A stretch of DNA of 64,000 nucleotides from Patescibacteria group bacterium (GTDB lineage Bacteria; Patescibacteriota; UBA1384; CAJBMM01): the NCBI GenBank assembly GCA_041660565.1, contig JBAZWC010000001.1:6155-70154 (forward strand), read 5' to 3'. Each line of letters starts with the position of its first letter. Position 1 is the first letter of the stretch. The notes under the pieces are model-generated. The model was not told the DNA's origin, ran no database searches, and saw nothing but the letters and a program-made list of their open reading frames with translations. Both the position numbers and the translations under genes were made by a program. Shown piece by piece: positions 1-11,816 of this stretch.

Positions 1-1
1 G

Positions 2-220
2 CATCGTGGAACGCAGCTCGCTCCTCACCTGTTTCTCGAAGCTACAGAGGGCGAAGGCCTGGTAATGGTGGCGAAGTGGTTCGCTGGAATATGGCTACAG
101 ACCGTTACCGGCGACTACCAAATCAACGACCTGCGCTGGCCAACCAATACCAATGTAGTGCCATACGAGGCGATGATGGAAGCGCAGCGAATCCTCGCTG
201 AGTCACTCTCAACTCCGTAA
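2..220 (+). CDS. 3' end (about 72 codons) of an unknown ORF, partial at the window edge, inside high-GC cassette A
   Basis: An open frame from the window start to TAA at 218-220. High-GC codon usage unlike the host. No homology recognised. Confidence 0.3.
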   Translation, partial: HRGTQLAPHLFLEATEGEGLVMVAKWFAGIWLQTVTGDYQINDLRWPTNTNVVPYEAMMEAQRILAESLSTP

Positions 221-270
221 TGGACCACGCCCAGACGCATTTGTTTTGTTAGGAGGGAGGTGAGACTGCA

Positions 271-690
271 ATGCCTGAAATGTCAGATGTAACTGTTGTG
301 TGCTCCGATATACACTTTACCGAGGTTACGGTGTACTCGGTATTGCGAGTTGAGCATAACCGAATCATTCCAATCGATTCGAACAAACCCAACTCACGGA
401 TCACTCTGGTGTGCCCAGCATGTGGTGCGTTCCTCAATGTCCCAAGTAAGCCAAAGGGGCTGCCTAATGTTCTCGACGCGCACTACACGACAACCGCAGC
501 TAAGGTTGTGTACGGGCACCGATTCTTGGACGGTGACATCGCACACTGTGCCAAGGAAGTTGCAGATTGGTACGCACAGAAAAGGAAAGAGATGGCTAAT
601 AGTAGCTTCCCACACCGAAACCTCTGTGTTGTGGGTTGTGAAGATCCTTCAGCTACCCATCTCATTCAGGGGATCCTCGGACGTACCTGA
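271..690 (+). CDS. hypothetical protein (high-GC cassette A)
   Basis: 139-aa ORF preceded by the strong SD ggagggagg. Local GC is much higher than the genome. No recognisable domain. Confidence 0.45.
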   Translation: MPEMSDVTVVCSDIHFTEVTVYSVLRVEHNRIIPIDSNKPNSRITLVCPACGAFLNVPSKPKGLPNVLDAHYTTTAAKVVYGHRFLDGDIAHCAKEVADWYAQKRKEMANSSFPHRNLCVVGCEDPSATHLIQGILGRT

Positions 691-714
691 TGTGACTTTC
701 CTGGTCCAAATCCA

Positions 715-746
715 CCCGGACGATTCGTCGCCCGGGTGTTTCTTTT
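715..746 (+). terminator. rho-independent terminator closing cassette A
   Basis: Hairpin CCCGG-acgattcgtcg-CCGGG followed by the T-run tgtttctttt. Confidence 0.5.
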
Positions 747-762
747 ATGTTATAATCTGGCT

Positions 763-2220
763 ATGAAAATACCAACTCATATTAAACCGCAAATTGAAGC
801 TCTACCAAAAACGGCGGGGGTGTATTTTTTTAAAGGTGAGTTGGGCGAAATTATGTACGTGGGCAAAGCCAATAGCTTGCGCGACCGCGTTAAATCGTAC
901 TGGGCCAAAGAGCTAAATCGAAGCACGTTAATTTACAAAATGGTTGAGCAGGTGGTTACGATTGATTTTGAGCTGTGCGATTCGGGTATGGAAGCATTAA
1001 TTGCCGAGGCAAACTATATCAAACGTTTGCTGCCAAAATATAATACCCGTTTGAAGGATGATAAAAGTTATTATTACGTTAAATTAGATTCATCTGACGG
1101 CTCGGATTTCCCCAAACTGTTGCTGATTCGCAAAAATCAGATATTGGATGATGAAAAAAAAGTGCGCTATTTTGGTCCGTACACTTCGGCAAAAAATCTG
1201 CGCTTGGCACTCAAAATGATCCGTCGTATTTTCCCCTATCGATCATGCAACATTATGCCCCAAAAACCGTGTTTGCAATATCATATCAAACGGTGCAGCG
1301 CGCCGTGCGCCGGAAATATCGACCAAAAAGAATATGCCAAAACCATCTCGCGAATTGTAATGATGTTGGAAGGTAATACGCAAACACTAATTAAACAACT
1401 TAAAAAAGAGATGGATCAGCTGGCAAAAAAACAGTTGTTCGAACAGGCATCCGTTGTTCGCAACCAATACCTTGCCCTTCAACACTTGCGCCAATCGGCA
1501 AAAATTTTAGACGTTGACGATATTCGGGTCGAGGATAATGTTGAGGGCGTACCAGGTCGTCTGGAAGGGTTTGACGTCTCTAACCTGTCTGGAAAAGAAG
1601 CGGTTGTGTCGATGGTGGTATTTACCAGCGGAAAGCCGGACAAAAAGCGGTATAAAAAATTCAAAATTCGTGGCGTTTTTCAGCCCGATGATTACGCCAT
1701 GTTACAAGAGACAATTACCCGCCGTTTAATTAGGGCTAACGTTCGGCCAGATGGTGCGGAAGAGCTGGTTAACGCTGTCACCAACGATTTTTCTGCTGAC
1801 AATGAGTGGAGTCTGCCCGATATTTTCATTATCGATGGGGGCAAAGGCCAGGTTTCGGCGGTTAAGGCGGTTTTAGATCAATTTAACGTCGAAATTCCAA
1901 TAATTGGCATTGCCAAAGGTCCAGACAGAAAAGGCGAAGATTTGTATTTTTCAACTCAGACAGATTTTAAGGATATTAAAATAATTAGGTCAATTCGCGA
2001 TGAAGCCCATCGATTTGCCATTGCGTATCATCGTTTATTGCATCAGAAATCTATCATTAAATCTGAATTAGATGACGTTCCCGGTATTGGCAAAATTACT
2101 AAGACAAAATTGTTGAAACATTTTGGCTCGGTGGCCAAAATTAGACAAGCATCAGAGTTAGAAATTGCGTCAGTTGTTGGCCCAAAGCTAACCAAGGCTA
2201 TCATAAAACATCTAATTTGA
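763..2220 (+). CDS. uvrC: excinuclease ABC subunit C (UvrC)
   Basis: N-terminal GIY-YIG motif (GVYFFKG...MYVGKANSLRDRVKSY) and C-terminal HhH (IPGIGKITKTKLLKHFGS). The ATG at 763 is preferred over the GTG at 736. A TATAAT sits 6 nt upstream of the ATG. Confidence 0.85.
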   Translation: MKIPTHIKPQIEALPKTAGVYFFKGELGEIMYVGKANSLRDRVKSYWAKELNRSTLIYKMVEQVVTIDFELCDSGMEALIAEANYIKRLLPKYNTRLKDDKSYYYVKLDSSDGSDFPKLLLIRKNQILDDEKKVRYFGPYTSAKNLRLALKMIRRIFPYRSCNIMPQKPCLQYHIKRCSAPCAGNIDQKEYAKTISRIVMMLEGNTQTLIKQLKKEMDQLAKKQLFEQASVVRNQYLALQHLRQSAKILDVDDIRVEDNVEGVPGRLEGFDVSNLSGKEAVVSMVVFTSGKPDKKRYKKFKIRGVFQPDDYAMLQETITRRLIRANVRPDGAEELVNAVTNDFSADNEWSLPDIFIIDGGKGQVSAVKAVLDQFNVEIPIIGIAKGPDRKGEDLYFSTQTDFKDIKIIRSIRDEAHRFAIAYHRLLHQKSIIKSELDDVPGIGKITKTKLLKHFGSVAKIRQASELEIASVVGPKLTKAIIKHLI

Positions 2221-2284
2221 TTGTTTGGGCAATTTGGCGAAATGACAGGAGACATGAACTTTGCTATGCTTAAATTGAGGCAAT

Positions 2285-3319
2285 ATGGCTGACGAACCGT
2301 CTGGGTCGGAAGTAATGATCGACCTTAATATAGTGCTTAATAAAATGTCCGATGACAATGCGCGGTTATCGTTTTTGGAGAACTTGCGTAAAAAAGTTGA
2401 AGACAATTTGACTAGTAACCCAAAGTTAAAGCCATTACTATGGCAAATTGCCTCTGCGTTATCGCCAATATATATTCACCATAATCGTACTGAAGACGCT
2501 GCCAAGCTGTTTGAAAGTGCCGGTGTGTATGATCAAGCCGCGGTAAATTTTATGAAAGTCAGAGCGTTTGGCGATGCCGGGCGCTGTTACTCTAAAAACG
2601 GTGAGCACGAAAAGGCGCTTCAACTGTATACTCAAGCTGAAATGTGGTTGCCTGCTGCTGAAATTGCCGATCAAACAGGTAATCCGACAGTTGCCAAAAA
2701 CTTATATTCAAAGGCAATTGAACAGTTTACTAATAGTCGTGAGTACGAAAAAGCTGCTTATGCGGCGGAAAAGGCCGGTTTGGTTAAAGAAACTTTAACC
2801 TTGACCGCGGATCATATTGATCATATTGGTAATAAAGATTCCAAATTTTTGTACCAAGAGTTAGTGGAGCGGGCGCTGAAGGCAAATTTCAGACCGTTAG
2901 CGATTGAGCTGGCTATTCGAGGTGAGTTGTTTGACCAGGCTATTCAGATGGCAATCCAAGACCATCAAACCGATCAAGTGCCGGAAATTTATCAACAGTA
3001 TTTAAATTCACTTTATCCCAAAGAACGAATGCCGGTTTTTAAGCGCTACATATCATTTCTAACTGAGCACGCAACGGTTGCAGTGGTTAGAGTGGCGTAT
3101 CAGAAGGAAGTGAGGCATTTGATTGAGCGCGCAGAGCTTTTGTCTGCTGGGATGCTGGCAGAGGAAGCAAAGTTGCCAGAAGCGGCTGAAATTTATCGTC
3201 AAGCAATGGAAATAGCGGAGAGCAACGCTGATTTTGCCCAGGCAACCTTGGCTGCCACTAAACTTGGATTAGCTAGCGAAGCAAATTATTATCGCCAGTT
3301 GGCATCCATGATCGGATGA
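2285..3319 (+). CDS. hypothetical alpha-helical repeat protein
   Basis: 344-aa ORF with low-GC host-like composition. No confident domain. Confidence 0.5.
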   Translation: MADEPSGSEVMIDLNIVLNKMSDDNARLSFLENLRKKVEDNLTSNPKLKPLLWQIASALSPIYIHHNRTEDAAKLFESAGVYDQAAVNFMKVRAFGDAGRCYSKNGEHEKALQLYTQAEMWLPAAEIADQTGNPTVAKNLYSKAIEQFTNSREYEKAAYAAEKAGLVKETLTLTADHIDHIGNKDSKFLYQELVERALKANFRPLAIELAIRGELFDQAIQMAIQDHQTDQVPEIYQQYLNSLYPKERMPVFKRYISFLTEHATVAVVRVAYQKEVRHLIERAELLSAGMLAEEAKLPEAAEIYRQAMEIAESNADFAQATLAATKLGLASEANYYRQLASMIG

Positions 3320-3337
3320 TGAGAAATGCCGCAATCT

Positions 3338-3565
3338 GTCATTTCGACTCCTCGAGCCTTGTCTCGAGGGTGGCTTCCTGCCCTCTTAGGGCGTAAGCCC
3401 GGAGGGAGAAATCTACAAAATTAGAATTTTTAATTTTTAATTTTTAATTTCAAATGAAAGGTAGCCAATTTTAAATGACTAAATAAGGAACTATTTAAAA
3501 TTTAAACATTTGGTTCTTATTCATTTAAAATTTAGCCTTTAAAATTAAAAATTATGTCGGGACGC
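3338..3565. repeat. MITE-like intergenic repeat, family 1, right end truncated
   Basis: Starts with the TIR TGTCATTTCGAC and has an AT-rich core (aatttttaattttta...aaatgaaaggtagccaatttt...) that recurs at 51084-51338 and, inverted, at 55147-55401. Confidence 0.6.
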
Positions 3566-3606
3566 GTCACGTTTAATTATTGCTGAAGTAACGAATTTGA
3601 TTAGGT

Positions 3607-4647
3607 ATGAGCACAAAAACATTGTTTGACAAATGGTGGCATTATCTAAAATATAGCCCAACTGATCCGCATTTTTATGCCGATTCGGCACCAAAAGTGG
3701 TGGCAATTGGTGGTGGAACCGGCCTGTCTAGTTTACTACGCGGGCTAAAACAAATTACGCCAAACATTACTGCTATTGTTGCCGTTACGGACAATGGGCA
3801 GAGTAGCGGACGATTGCGAAAACTTTATGACACGTTGCCACCGGGAGATATTCGTCAGTGCATCGCCGCGCTTTCACCGGATGAGGATGTTTTAACCAAA
3901 CTAATGAACTATCGTTTCAAAAAAGGTGACGGGTTAAAGGGGCATGCGCTTGGAAATCTGCTGATGGTAGCGTTGGCAGATCAATCCGGTGGTTTTGACC
4001 GTGCCATCATTAGACTGAGCGAAATTTTACGTATTACTGGACGGGTAATGCCGGTTTCTTTAGGAAATATCCAATTAAACGCCAAATTAAAATCCGGCCA
4101 AGTGGTGGTAGGCGAGGAGCAAATTAGTCTTGCCGGGCACGATGACCCAATAGATCGTGTCTTTCTGCCTCATTCAGTGCGTGTTTATCCGCCCGCGGTA
4201 CAGGCGATACTTGAGGCCGATCTAATTATTATTGGCCCGGGTAGTTTGTACACCAGCGTAATTCCGCCTTTGCTTTTTTCGGGCATCACTAAGGCGCTAA
4301 AAAGCTCGTTGGCGGTTAAAGCTTATGTTTGCAACATCTCGACCGAGCGTGGCGAAACCGAAGGATATTCGGTTCAGAATCATATCGAAAAAATTGTAGA
4401 GGTGGTTGGGAAGAATGTCGTTAATTTTGCGTTGGTGAACAAAAATCATGTTAGATCAAACCAGATCCCAGAAGGCGAATTGGGATCGATTAAAGTGATT
4501 TCTACCAGGCAATCGATAATTGAGGGCGTGCGGATCAAATTAGATTCAGTATCAAATTCAAAACAGCCGTTGTATCATGACAGTATTCGTTTGGCGGAAG
4601 TGTTGATTATGGAATATAATGAAATCAAGAAAAGGTTGAAACGATGA
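3607..4647 (+). CDS. yvcK: YvcK/CofD-like gluconeogenesis factor (UPF0052)
   Basis: VVAIGGGTGLSSLLRGLK...AIVAVTDNGQSSGRLR motif block. Confidence 0.75.
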   Translation: MSTKTLFDKWWHYLKYSPTDPHFYADSAPKVVAIGGGTGLSSLLRGLKQITPNITAIVAVTDNGQSSGRLRKLYDTLPPGDIRQCIAALSPDEDVLTKLMNYRFKKGDGLKGHALGNLLMVALADQSGGFDRAIIRLSEILRITGRVMPVSLGNIQLNAKLKSGQVVVGEEQISLAGHDDPIDRVFLPHSVRVYPPAVQAILEADLIIIGPGSLYTSVIPPLLFSGITKALKSSLAVKAYVCNISTERGETEGYSVQNHIEKIVEVVGKNVVNFALVNKNHVRSNQIPEGELGSIKVISTRQSIIEGVRIKLDSVSNSKQPLYHDSIRLAEVLIMEYNEIKKRLKR

Positions 4648-5366
4648 AACCGTTGGTTGTGGCAAATTGGAAGATGAATACCACTTTGGCTGATGCCAGT
4701 GTGTTGGCAACGCTGGTGCGCAATCAGTTGCACGACTTAAGTGGGGTAGATGTGGTGCTTTGCCCGCCGTACATTTGGTTGCAAGAAGTCGCGTCAATCT
4801 TAGAGGTTTCGGCCAGGCATATCTATTTAGGAGCGCAAAACTGCCATCCAGATAAGTTTGGAGCACTAACTGGCGAAGTCTCGGTGGCGCAAGTTAAAGA
4901 TCTGTGCCAGTTTGTGATTGTGGGACATTCCGAGCGCCGTGAGCATTTTCATGAAACAAACGAATTTGTCAGCGACAAAGTGCAGGCGGTACTGGAAAAC
5001 GGAATGACGCCAATTTTGTGCGTAGGCGAAAAAACCAAATCTGACCGTAGTATTGGGCTGGTAATAGATGAATTGCATCAGTCGCTGGCTGGAATCAAGC
5101 CAGCCGAATACGAGAAGTTAGTAATTGCGTACGAGCCAATTTGGGCAATTGGCACCGGCAACGCGTCCGAGGCGGTTTACTGCGAAATGGTCTGCGATGA
5201 AATTAAAAAGGTTGTGGGCAAAGAAACACGAGTGTTGTATGGTGGCAGCGTTACTGCCGAAAACGTTGACCGATTTACTAGTCTAACAGCAATCGACGGT
5301 GTATTAGTGGGTGGCGCCAGTTTAAAGGCATCAGAATTTGTTGAGCTGTGTAAAAAGGTTAGATAA
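4644..5366 (+). CDS. tpiA: triosephosphate isomerase
   Basis: VVANWKMN, IVGHSERR and CVGE motifs. The ATGA stop/start overlaps yvcK. Confidence 0.9.
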   Translation: MKPLVVANWKMNTTLADASVLATLVRNQLHDLSGVDVVLCPPYIWLQEVASILEVSARHIYLGAQNCHPDKFGALTGEVSVAQVKDLCQFVIVGHSERREHFHETNEFVSDKVQAVLENGMTPILCVGEKTKSDRSIGLVIDELHQSLAGIKPAEYEKLVIAYEPIWAIGTGNASEAVYCEMVCDEIKKVVGKETRVLYGGSVTAENVDRFTSLTAIDGVLVGGASLKASEFVELCKKVR

Positions 5367-6481
5367 TGCAAATATTTACCGAATCTGACGTTAAAAATAA
5401 ACGAATCATTTGTCGGTTCGATTTTGATGTACCGGTTTTAGATGATGGTAAAATTGCCGATACAAACCGAATTGATGCGGCAATCCCCACTATTTCACGT
5501 CTGTTGCAGCAAAATGTCGAACAAATTCTTATTTTGGCACATCGTGGTAAGCCGGTTGGCGTAGACGCAACGCTAACAATGCAAGAAGTGGCAAACTATT
5601 TGGCCCAAAAATTGTCCGACAACCCATCCGCAACATCTGAAATTGTTCAACAAGATGCAATCAACAATTTAGGTGTTTACGGGATTTTTCCAAAGGTTTA
5701 TCTGCTAGAAAATATCCGATTTGATGCAGGTGAAGAGAAAAACGATCCAAAATTGGCGGCCGAAATTGCCAGACATGGCGACGTTTTTATTTTTGATGCC
5801 TTTGCCACAGCGCACAGAGAACATGCCTCGACGGTCGGTGTATCGGCGCTGTTGCCACATTTTTCGGGGCTGCATTTGGCGCAAGAAATCCAATATCTAT
5901 CCAACATCAAAGATAACCCAAATCAGCCACTGATGTTCATTATTGGTGGCGCCAAAATTGAAGACAAGCTGCCAATAATCGAGAAATTAGCACCCCTGGC
6001 TGATCAATTTTTGATTGGCGGGGCAGTGGCTAACACCTTTCTCAAATCTAGAAATATTGATGTCAAAAGATCGCTGGTTGATCCGGATTTTATCACTCAA
6101 GCCAACGATATATTTGAGCGGTATGAAGACAAAATTATGTTACCAACCGATTATGCGTGGGACAGAGATTCGATTTGCGATATTGGGCCCGAAACTATTA
6201 TGCAGTTTGAAGATGCGTTGGCAGATGCAAAAACGGTGTTTTGGAACGGTAATTTGGGACGAACCGAAGATCCGCGGTTTAGTCGCGGCACGCTAATGAT
6301 TGCCGATGTCTTGGCTCGCTCACCACAAATTACGCGCGTAATTGCCGGCGGCGATACGGTTGGGTTTTTGAATCAGCATCAGTTGGCCGATAAAATGACT
6401 TTTGTTTCAACCGGCGGTGGTGCCAGTCTGGATTATCTAGCCGGCAAATCCCTTCCAGCTCTCACAATATTAGATGAGTAA
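5366..6481 (+). CDS. pgk: phosphoglycerate kinase
   Basis: RFDFDVPV...ILAHRGKP N-terminal signature. The TAATG overlaps the tpiA stop. Confidence 0.9.
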   Translation: MQIFTESDVKNKRIICRFDFDVPVLDDGKIADTNRIDAAIPTISRLLQQNVEQILILAHRGKPVGVDATLTMQEVANYLAQKLSDNPSATSEIVQQDAINNLGVYGIFPKVYLLENIRFDAGEEKNDPKLAAEIARHGDVFIFDAFATAHREHASTVGVSALLPHFSGLHLAQEIQYLSNIKDNPNQPLMFIIGGAKIEDKLPIIEKLAPLADQFLIGGAVANTFLKSRNIDVKRSLVDPDFITQANDIFERYEDKIMLPTDYAWDRDSICDIGPETIMQFEDALADAKTVFWNGNLGRTEDPRFSRGTLMIADVLARSPQITRVIAGGDTVGFLNQHQLADKMTFVSTGGGASLDYLAGKSLPALTILDE

Positions 6482-6532
6482 CTTGACTTTTTGCTCTTAA
6501 CTCGCTACACCTATGGTATAAGTGAGTAATAA

Positions 6533-6922
6533 ATGGCCACACATTTAGCAGTGTTTGTGGGGGAAGCGATTAATCATATTTTGACCGGCGATAAGTCGGT
6601 TGATATTCGATTGTCGCGGTCGGCTACCTTGCCATATCGCAAAATTATGAGTGGCGATGAAATTTACCTAAAACAGTCGTCGGGGGCGGTGATGGCAAAA
6701 GTTGAAGTTGAAAATGTGCTATATTTTCATCATTTAACGCCCGAAAAGATAGCCCAGATAGCTCAAAAATACGGCGAACAGATAAATATGCCAATCGCAT
6801 TTTGGGATTCAAAACAAAAATCCCAGTATGCCACGCTAATTTTCTTATCTAACCCTCAGCGGCTATTAAGCACCATCAACTATCATAAAAACGACAGGCG
6901 GTCTTGGGTTGTACTGCAATAA
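6533..6922 (+). CDS. hypothetical protein (possible PUA/ASCH-like fold)
   Basis: 129-aa ORF with only a weak resemblance to ASCH-type small beta-barrel proteins. Confidence 0.4.
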   Translation: MATHLAVFVGEAINHILTGDKSVDIRLSRSATLPYRKIMSGDEIYLKQSSGAVMAKVEVENVLYFHHLTPEKIAQIAQKYGEQINMPIAFWDSKQKSQYATLIFLSNPQRLLSTINYHKNDRRSWVVLQ

Positions 6923-6992
6923 TAGATCGATATCAATGCTAGTCAAATCGATCGGAATCAGTTATAATTGACTATTGAAACAAAGGAAAATA

Positions 6993-8162
6993 ATGCAGAC
7001 AAAATTAGAGAATCTACCGAAATCTCGAGTCAAAATTACCATCACCTTAACCGCGCAAGAGTGGCAAAAAGCTTACGAGGAAGCGTTGGTAGAGATTGCC
7101 AAAACAATTAAGCTAGCCGGATTTCGTCCTGGCAAAGTGCCAGCAGTGATGGCGGAAAAACACATTGGCAAGGCCGGTATTACTTCGGAAGCGCTAGAGA
7201 AAGCCATTCCGCATTATTATTACGAAGCGGTTTTGGAACACAATTTACACCCGTTGCATCAGCCCGCCGTTACGGTGGCAAAATCTGATCCGGAGCTTGA
7301 ATTTAACGCCGAGGTAGATATTTTACCAACAGTTGAAATCAAAGATTGGCACAATATCAAAATAAAAAAGAATGATGCCCAAAAAGTAACTGACTTGGAT
7401 GTGAAGAAAGTGCTCGAGCACTTGCGCAAAGAGCGATCTCAGCTGGAAGCGGTTACTCGTCCGGCAGAAACTAAAGATTTTGTGCGAATTAACTTTTCCG
7501 GGTCGGTAGATGGCGTCAAACACGAAGGAATGCAGAGTAACGAACATCCTCTAGTTTTGGGCGATAATACGATGATCTCGGGATTTGAAGACCAAATTGT
7601 GGGCATGTCAGTGGATGAAGAAAAAACCTTTGACATCGTTTTTCCAAAAGACTATCGCGACAAAACTTTAGCCAAAAAGAAAGCTCAATTTATGGTCAAA
7701 TTACTTGAAGTTAAACAAATCAACCTACCTGAATTAGATGAGAAATTCGCCGCAGACTTTGGCAAAAAGAACATGACTGAAATTGAATCTGCTATTTTAG
7801 AGCAGCTGGAAGCTGAAGCAGAAGAAGAGGCCAAAAATAAAGACGAGGTGCTAATTTTAGAAGAGTTGGTTAAGCGCACCAAAGTGGTTTTGCCAAAATC
7901 GATTGTGGAAAGCGAAATCGATCGCATTATAGACACCATGAAAGAGCGCATGGGTGCCAATGACACTCAGTTTAGTCAATACCTAGAGAGCCAAGGTAAA
8001 TCGTTAGTCAAGCTGCGCGAAGAGGCTAACGATCAAGCGATCAAAAATGCCACCATTGGATTAGCGTTGGGAGAAATAATGAAGGCAGAAAAGATTGATC
8101 CCGAAGACAAAGACGCGGTAAAATTAGTTTTAGATAAAATCAAAGCAGAATCAACTAAATAA
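6993..8162 (+). CDS. tig: trigger factor
   Basis: N-terminal GFRPGKVP motif, SD aaagga upstream, and classic tig-clpP synteny. Confidence 0.85.
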   Translation: MQTKLENLPKSRVKITITLTAQEWQKAYEEALVEIAKTIKLAGFRPGKVPAVMAEKHIGKAGITSEALEKAIPHYYYEAVLEHNLHPLHQPAVTVAKSDPELEFNAEVDILPTVEIKDWHNIKIKKNDAQKVTDLDVKKVLEHLRKERSQLEAVTRPAETKDFVRINFSGSVDGVKHEGMQSNEHPLVLGDNTMISGFEDQIVGMSVDEEKTFDIVFPKDYRDKTLAKKKAQFMVKLLEVKQINLPELDEKFAADFGKKNMTEIESAILEQLEAEAEEEAKNKDEVLILEELVKRTKVVLPKSIVESEIDRIIDTMKERMGANDTQFSQYLESQGKSLVKLREEANDQAIKNATIGLALGEIMKAEKIDPEDKDAVKLVLDKIKAESTK

Positions 8163-8167
8163 CCCCC

Positions 8168-8334
8168 TGTCATTCCGGACATGATCCGGAATCTATGCGA
8201 TAACAACAATTCCATCATTAAAAATTTCAAATTTCAAATTTCAAATTCTTGTTTGAGATTTCTCCCTCCGGGCTTACGCCCTAAGAGGGCAGGAAGCCAC
8301 CCTCGACTCGAATGTCGAGTAGTCGAAATGACAA
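8168..8334. repeat. composite intergenic palindromic repeat
   Basis: Starts with TGTCATTCCGGAcatgaTCCGGAAT and contains an (aatttcaaat)n microsatellite. Positions 8254-8305 are the reverse complement of 3350-3400. Ends with GTCGAAATGACA. Confidence 0.6.
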
Positions 8335-8369
8335 CTCGTGAGCATAAAAATTAGAAACCAAGGAGCCCT

Positions 8370-8954
8370 ATGTCCTATTTAATCCCCACGGTAATTGAAA
8401 AATCGCAGTATGGTGAGCGTGCCTACGATATTTATTCGCGCTTGCTCAAAGAACGCATTATCTTTTTGGGTGGGCCGGTAGATGATGTTATCGCCAATTT
8501 GGTAATTGCGCAAATGCTATTTCTAGAATCCGAAGATCCAAAAAAAGATATCCAGCTATACATCAACAGCCCGGGTGGATCGGTTAGCGCCGGCATGGCC
8601 ATTTACGATACCATGCGGGTGATAAAGCCGGATGTTTCGACTATTTGCGTTGGTCTAGCGGCGTCAATGGGCGCGTTTCTGCTAGCCGGTGGCGCCAAAG
8701 GCAAGCGATTTTCATTGCCAAACAGCAAAATTTTAATTCATCAAGTGATGGGCGGGGCAGAAGGCCAAGCGACCGAAATAGACATTGCCGCCAAAGAAAT
8801 CATCAAAACCCGCGAACAGCTAGATAAAATTTTAGCCGAAAATACCGGGCAAAAATTAGAAAAAATCTCGCACGATACCGAGCGCGATTATTATATGACC
8901 TCACTTGAAGCCAAAACCTACGGCATCATTGACGAGATAATTACAAAGAAATAG
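8370..8954 (+). CDS. clpP: ATP-dependent Clp protease proteolytic subunit
   Basis: ClpP core motifs ([22 protein letters not shown]); SD aaggag. Confidence 0.9.
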   Translation: MSYLIPTVIEKSQYGERAYDIYSRLLKERIIFLGGPVDDVIANLVIAQMLFLESEDPKKDIQLYINSPGGSVSAGMAIYDTMRVIKPDVSTICVGLAASMGAFLLAGGAKGKRFSLPNSKILIHQVMGGAEGQATEIDIAAKEIIKTREQLDKILAENTGQKLEKISHDTERDYYMTSLEAKTYGIIDEIITKK

Positions 8955-9051
8955 TCGAGCTGATTAGGGGAGGAAATGGATAATATCATTGCATCTTATC
9001 CTGTTTTGTGGTAAAACAATTATGGAAATCACATACCTCTGGGAGGTGCGC

Positions 9052-9396
9052 ATGGCTGATCACGGGTATCGCGCCACCGTTGGGTTGAAGGCGCGAACGA
9101 TGGCTGAAGCACAGAAGGTGGTCGCCCATCTGCGGGAAATGGACGGAATCGAGTTCGTTCTCGAGCCGTTCCAGATCCGCAGTGCCGCGGCGGCTGAGGA
9201 AGGCGCTGCTCAAGAGTCTCGGCCGCGAGTGCTAGCCCAGCAAGGTCTGGCAGCGGTTGCCGGCGGGGTGGCAAGCGGTGGCAATTGGTTTCGCGAGCAG
9301 TTGGACGAGGTCGCTCAGGAGGCTGAGGGGTGGCCACCGTGGCGCACAGCGGGCACTGATCGCTTCGCGCCGAGCAATGAGCCCGTGACGTTGTAG
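9052..9396 (+). CDS. hypothetical protein (high-GC cassette B, gene 1)
   Basis: ATG preceded by SD gggaggtg. GC is about 60-65%. No recognisable domain. Confidence 0.4.
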   Translation: MADHGYRATVGLKARTMAEAQKVVAHLREMDGIEFVLEPFQIRSAAAAEEGAAQESRPRVLAQQGLAAVAGGVASGGNWFREQLDEVAQEAEGWPPWRTAGTDRFAPSNEPVTL

Positions 9397-9431
9397 GTCG
9401 GTATGTCGTTTCTGGTGAGGGAAGGGAGGTG

Positions 9432-9803
9432 ATGAGCACAATGTCGTACAGTTTCGTTGTCGTGTGCGACGATGAAATCGATCAAGATCAGGCTTATGCC
9501 ATCACGCAAGAGGTTGATAGGATCCGAGGTGTTAGGTTCACCTACGCTCCCTATCGCAGTGGACCGGAGTCGGAGGCTCCGTCGCGACCGAAGACGTGGG
9601 GCGATGTCTTCCCGTCTGCACCGTTTTATCGAGCGGGATCGGCCGATCCGGTTGATATCCCGTTGGCAGATGGTGATGCGGACGACAAGCCGCCGCGGCC
9701 GGCGAAGGTGGGGGCTGCTCGGTTTGACTTCGCGGAGGTTGTGGAAGTCGAAGACCCTCCGCGGATGGAGAAGCAAGGGCATTACCCCGGCGAGGTCGGG
9801 TGA
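9432..9803 (+). CDS. hypothetical acidic protein (high-GC cassette B, gene 2)
   Basis: ATG preceded by SD gggagg. Acidic, Pro-rich sequence. No recognisable domain. Confidence 0.4.
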   Translation: MSTMSYSFVVVCDDEIDQDQAYAITQEVDRIRGVRFTYAPYRSGPESEAPSRPKTWGDVFPSAPFYRAGSADPVDIPLADGDADDKPPRPAKVGAARFDFAEVVEVEDPPRMEKQGHYPGEVG

Positions 9804-9816
9804 TACCGGGGTTATT

Positions 9817-9858
9817 GGGCGGGAGCTGCATTGCGCAGCCCTCGCCCGTTTTCTTTTC
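9817..9858 (+). terminator. rho-independent terminator closing cassette B
   Basis: GGGCGGGAGCTGCattGCGCAGCCCTCGCCCG hairpin followed by ttttcttttc. Confidence 0.55.
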
Positions 9859-9867
9859 TATCATCTG

Positions 9868-9896
9868 TTGACAAATGGTCGCGACTTTGATAAATT
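9868..9896 (+). promoter_or_regulatory. sigma70-like promoter upstream of the 16S rRNA
   Basis: TTGACA, a 17-nt spacer, then TAAATT. Confidence 0.5.
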
Positions 9897-10112
9897 GAAT
9901 AAGTCCTTTGAATAAAAGAGATTTTTGAAACGTTAGCAATACGATGACGTATTGCTGATTGTTGCGAACTTTAATAATTTGATTTTTATCGTTTTACATT
10001 TTATTTGTGGTCAATTGACCATCGCAGGCTGACGAAAGTTGGTCGGCGAAAGATTTCCGAATAAGTTTTTTAATTTTAGAGCTAACAAGCATCTAATTCG
10101 ATCCTTAGGGAT

Positions 10113-11577
<1,465 letters not shown>

Positions 11578-11753
11578 AGGAGTCTAGCCCCTTTTTGTCG
11601 CAAGATAAATTGGTAGGTTAGGTCGATCGCTCCGATGTCCTGCTTGCAGGAACCGGAGTGACACTCTCGGAAACTGGTCACCCTCCTACGCTCCTTGGAG
11701 CTTCGGAAGGGCAAGATTGGCCACAAATAAGATGTAAATAGTTCTATAAAACA

Positions 11754-11791
11754 AAAATCCCCGTTAATTTGGGGATTTTTTGTGTGATGTG
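11754..11791 (+). terminator. hairpin terminator downstream of the 16S
   Basis: aaaaaTCCCCgttaatttGGGGAtttttt. A similar hairpin occurs at 12206-12231. Confidence 0.4.
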
Positions 11792-11816
11792 ATATTCTTG
11801 AAGAAAAGGAGTCGAA

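Noticed and set aside
736-762. GTG at 736 as the uvrC start (six-frame ORF start)
   Set aside because: The GTG lies inside the -10 region tgttataat. The ATG at 763 gives the conserved UvrC N-terminus MKIPTHIKPQ... directly.
8222-8250. (aatttcaaat)n tandem repeats, and similar AT-rich tandems at 3426-3450, 33262-33300 and 45600-45690, considered as a possible CRISPR array
   Set aside because: The units are about 10 bp and directly tandem with no unique spacers, and there is no cas gene. They are the AT-rich cores of the MITE-like repeats.
9029-9939. Long antisense or alternative-frame ORFs inside the high-GC cassettes (9029-9439-, 9315-9782-, 9538-9939-, 31895-32284-, 31980-32417-, 35699-36097-, 57558-58136-, 36803-37039+ and others)
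   Set aside because: They are the expected stop-codon-poor frames of 60% GC DNA. They lack an SD, overlap better-supported sense ORFs, and translate to Arg/Pro/Ser-rich low-complexity sequences.
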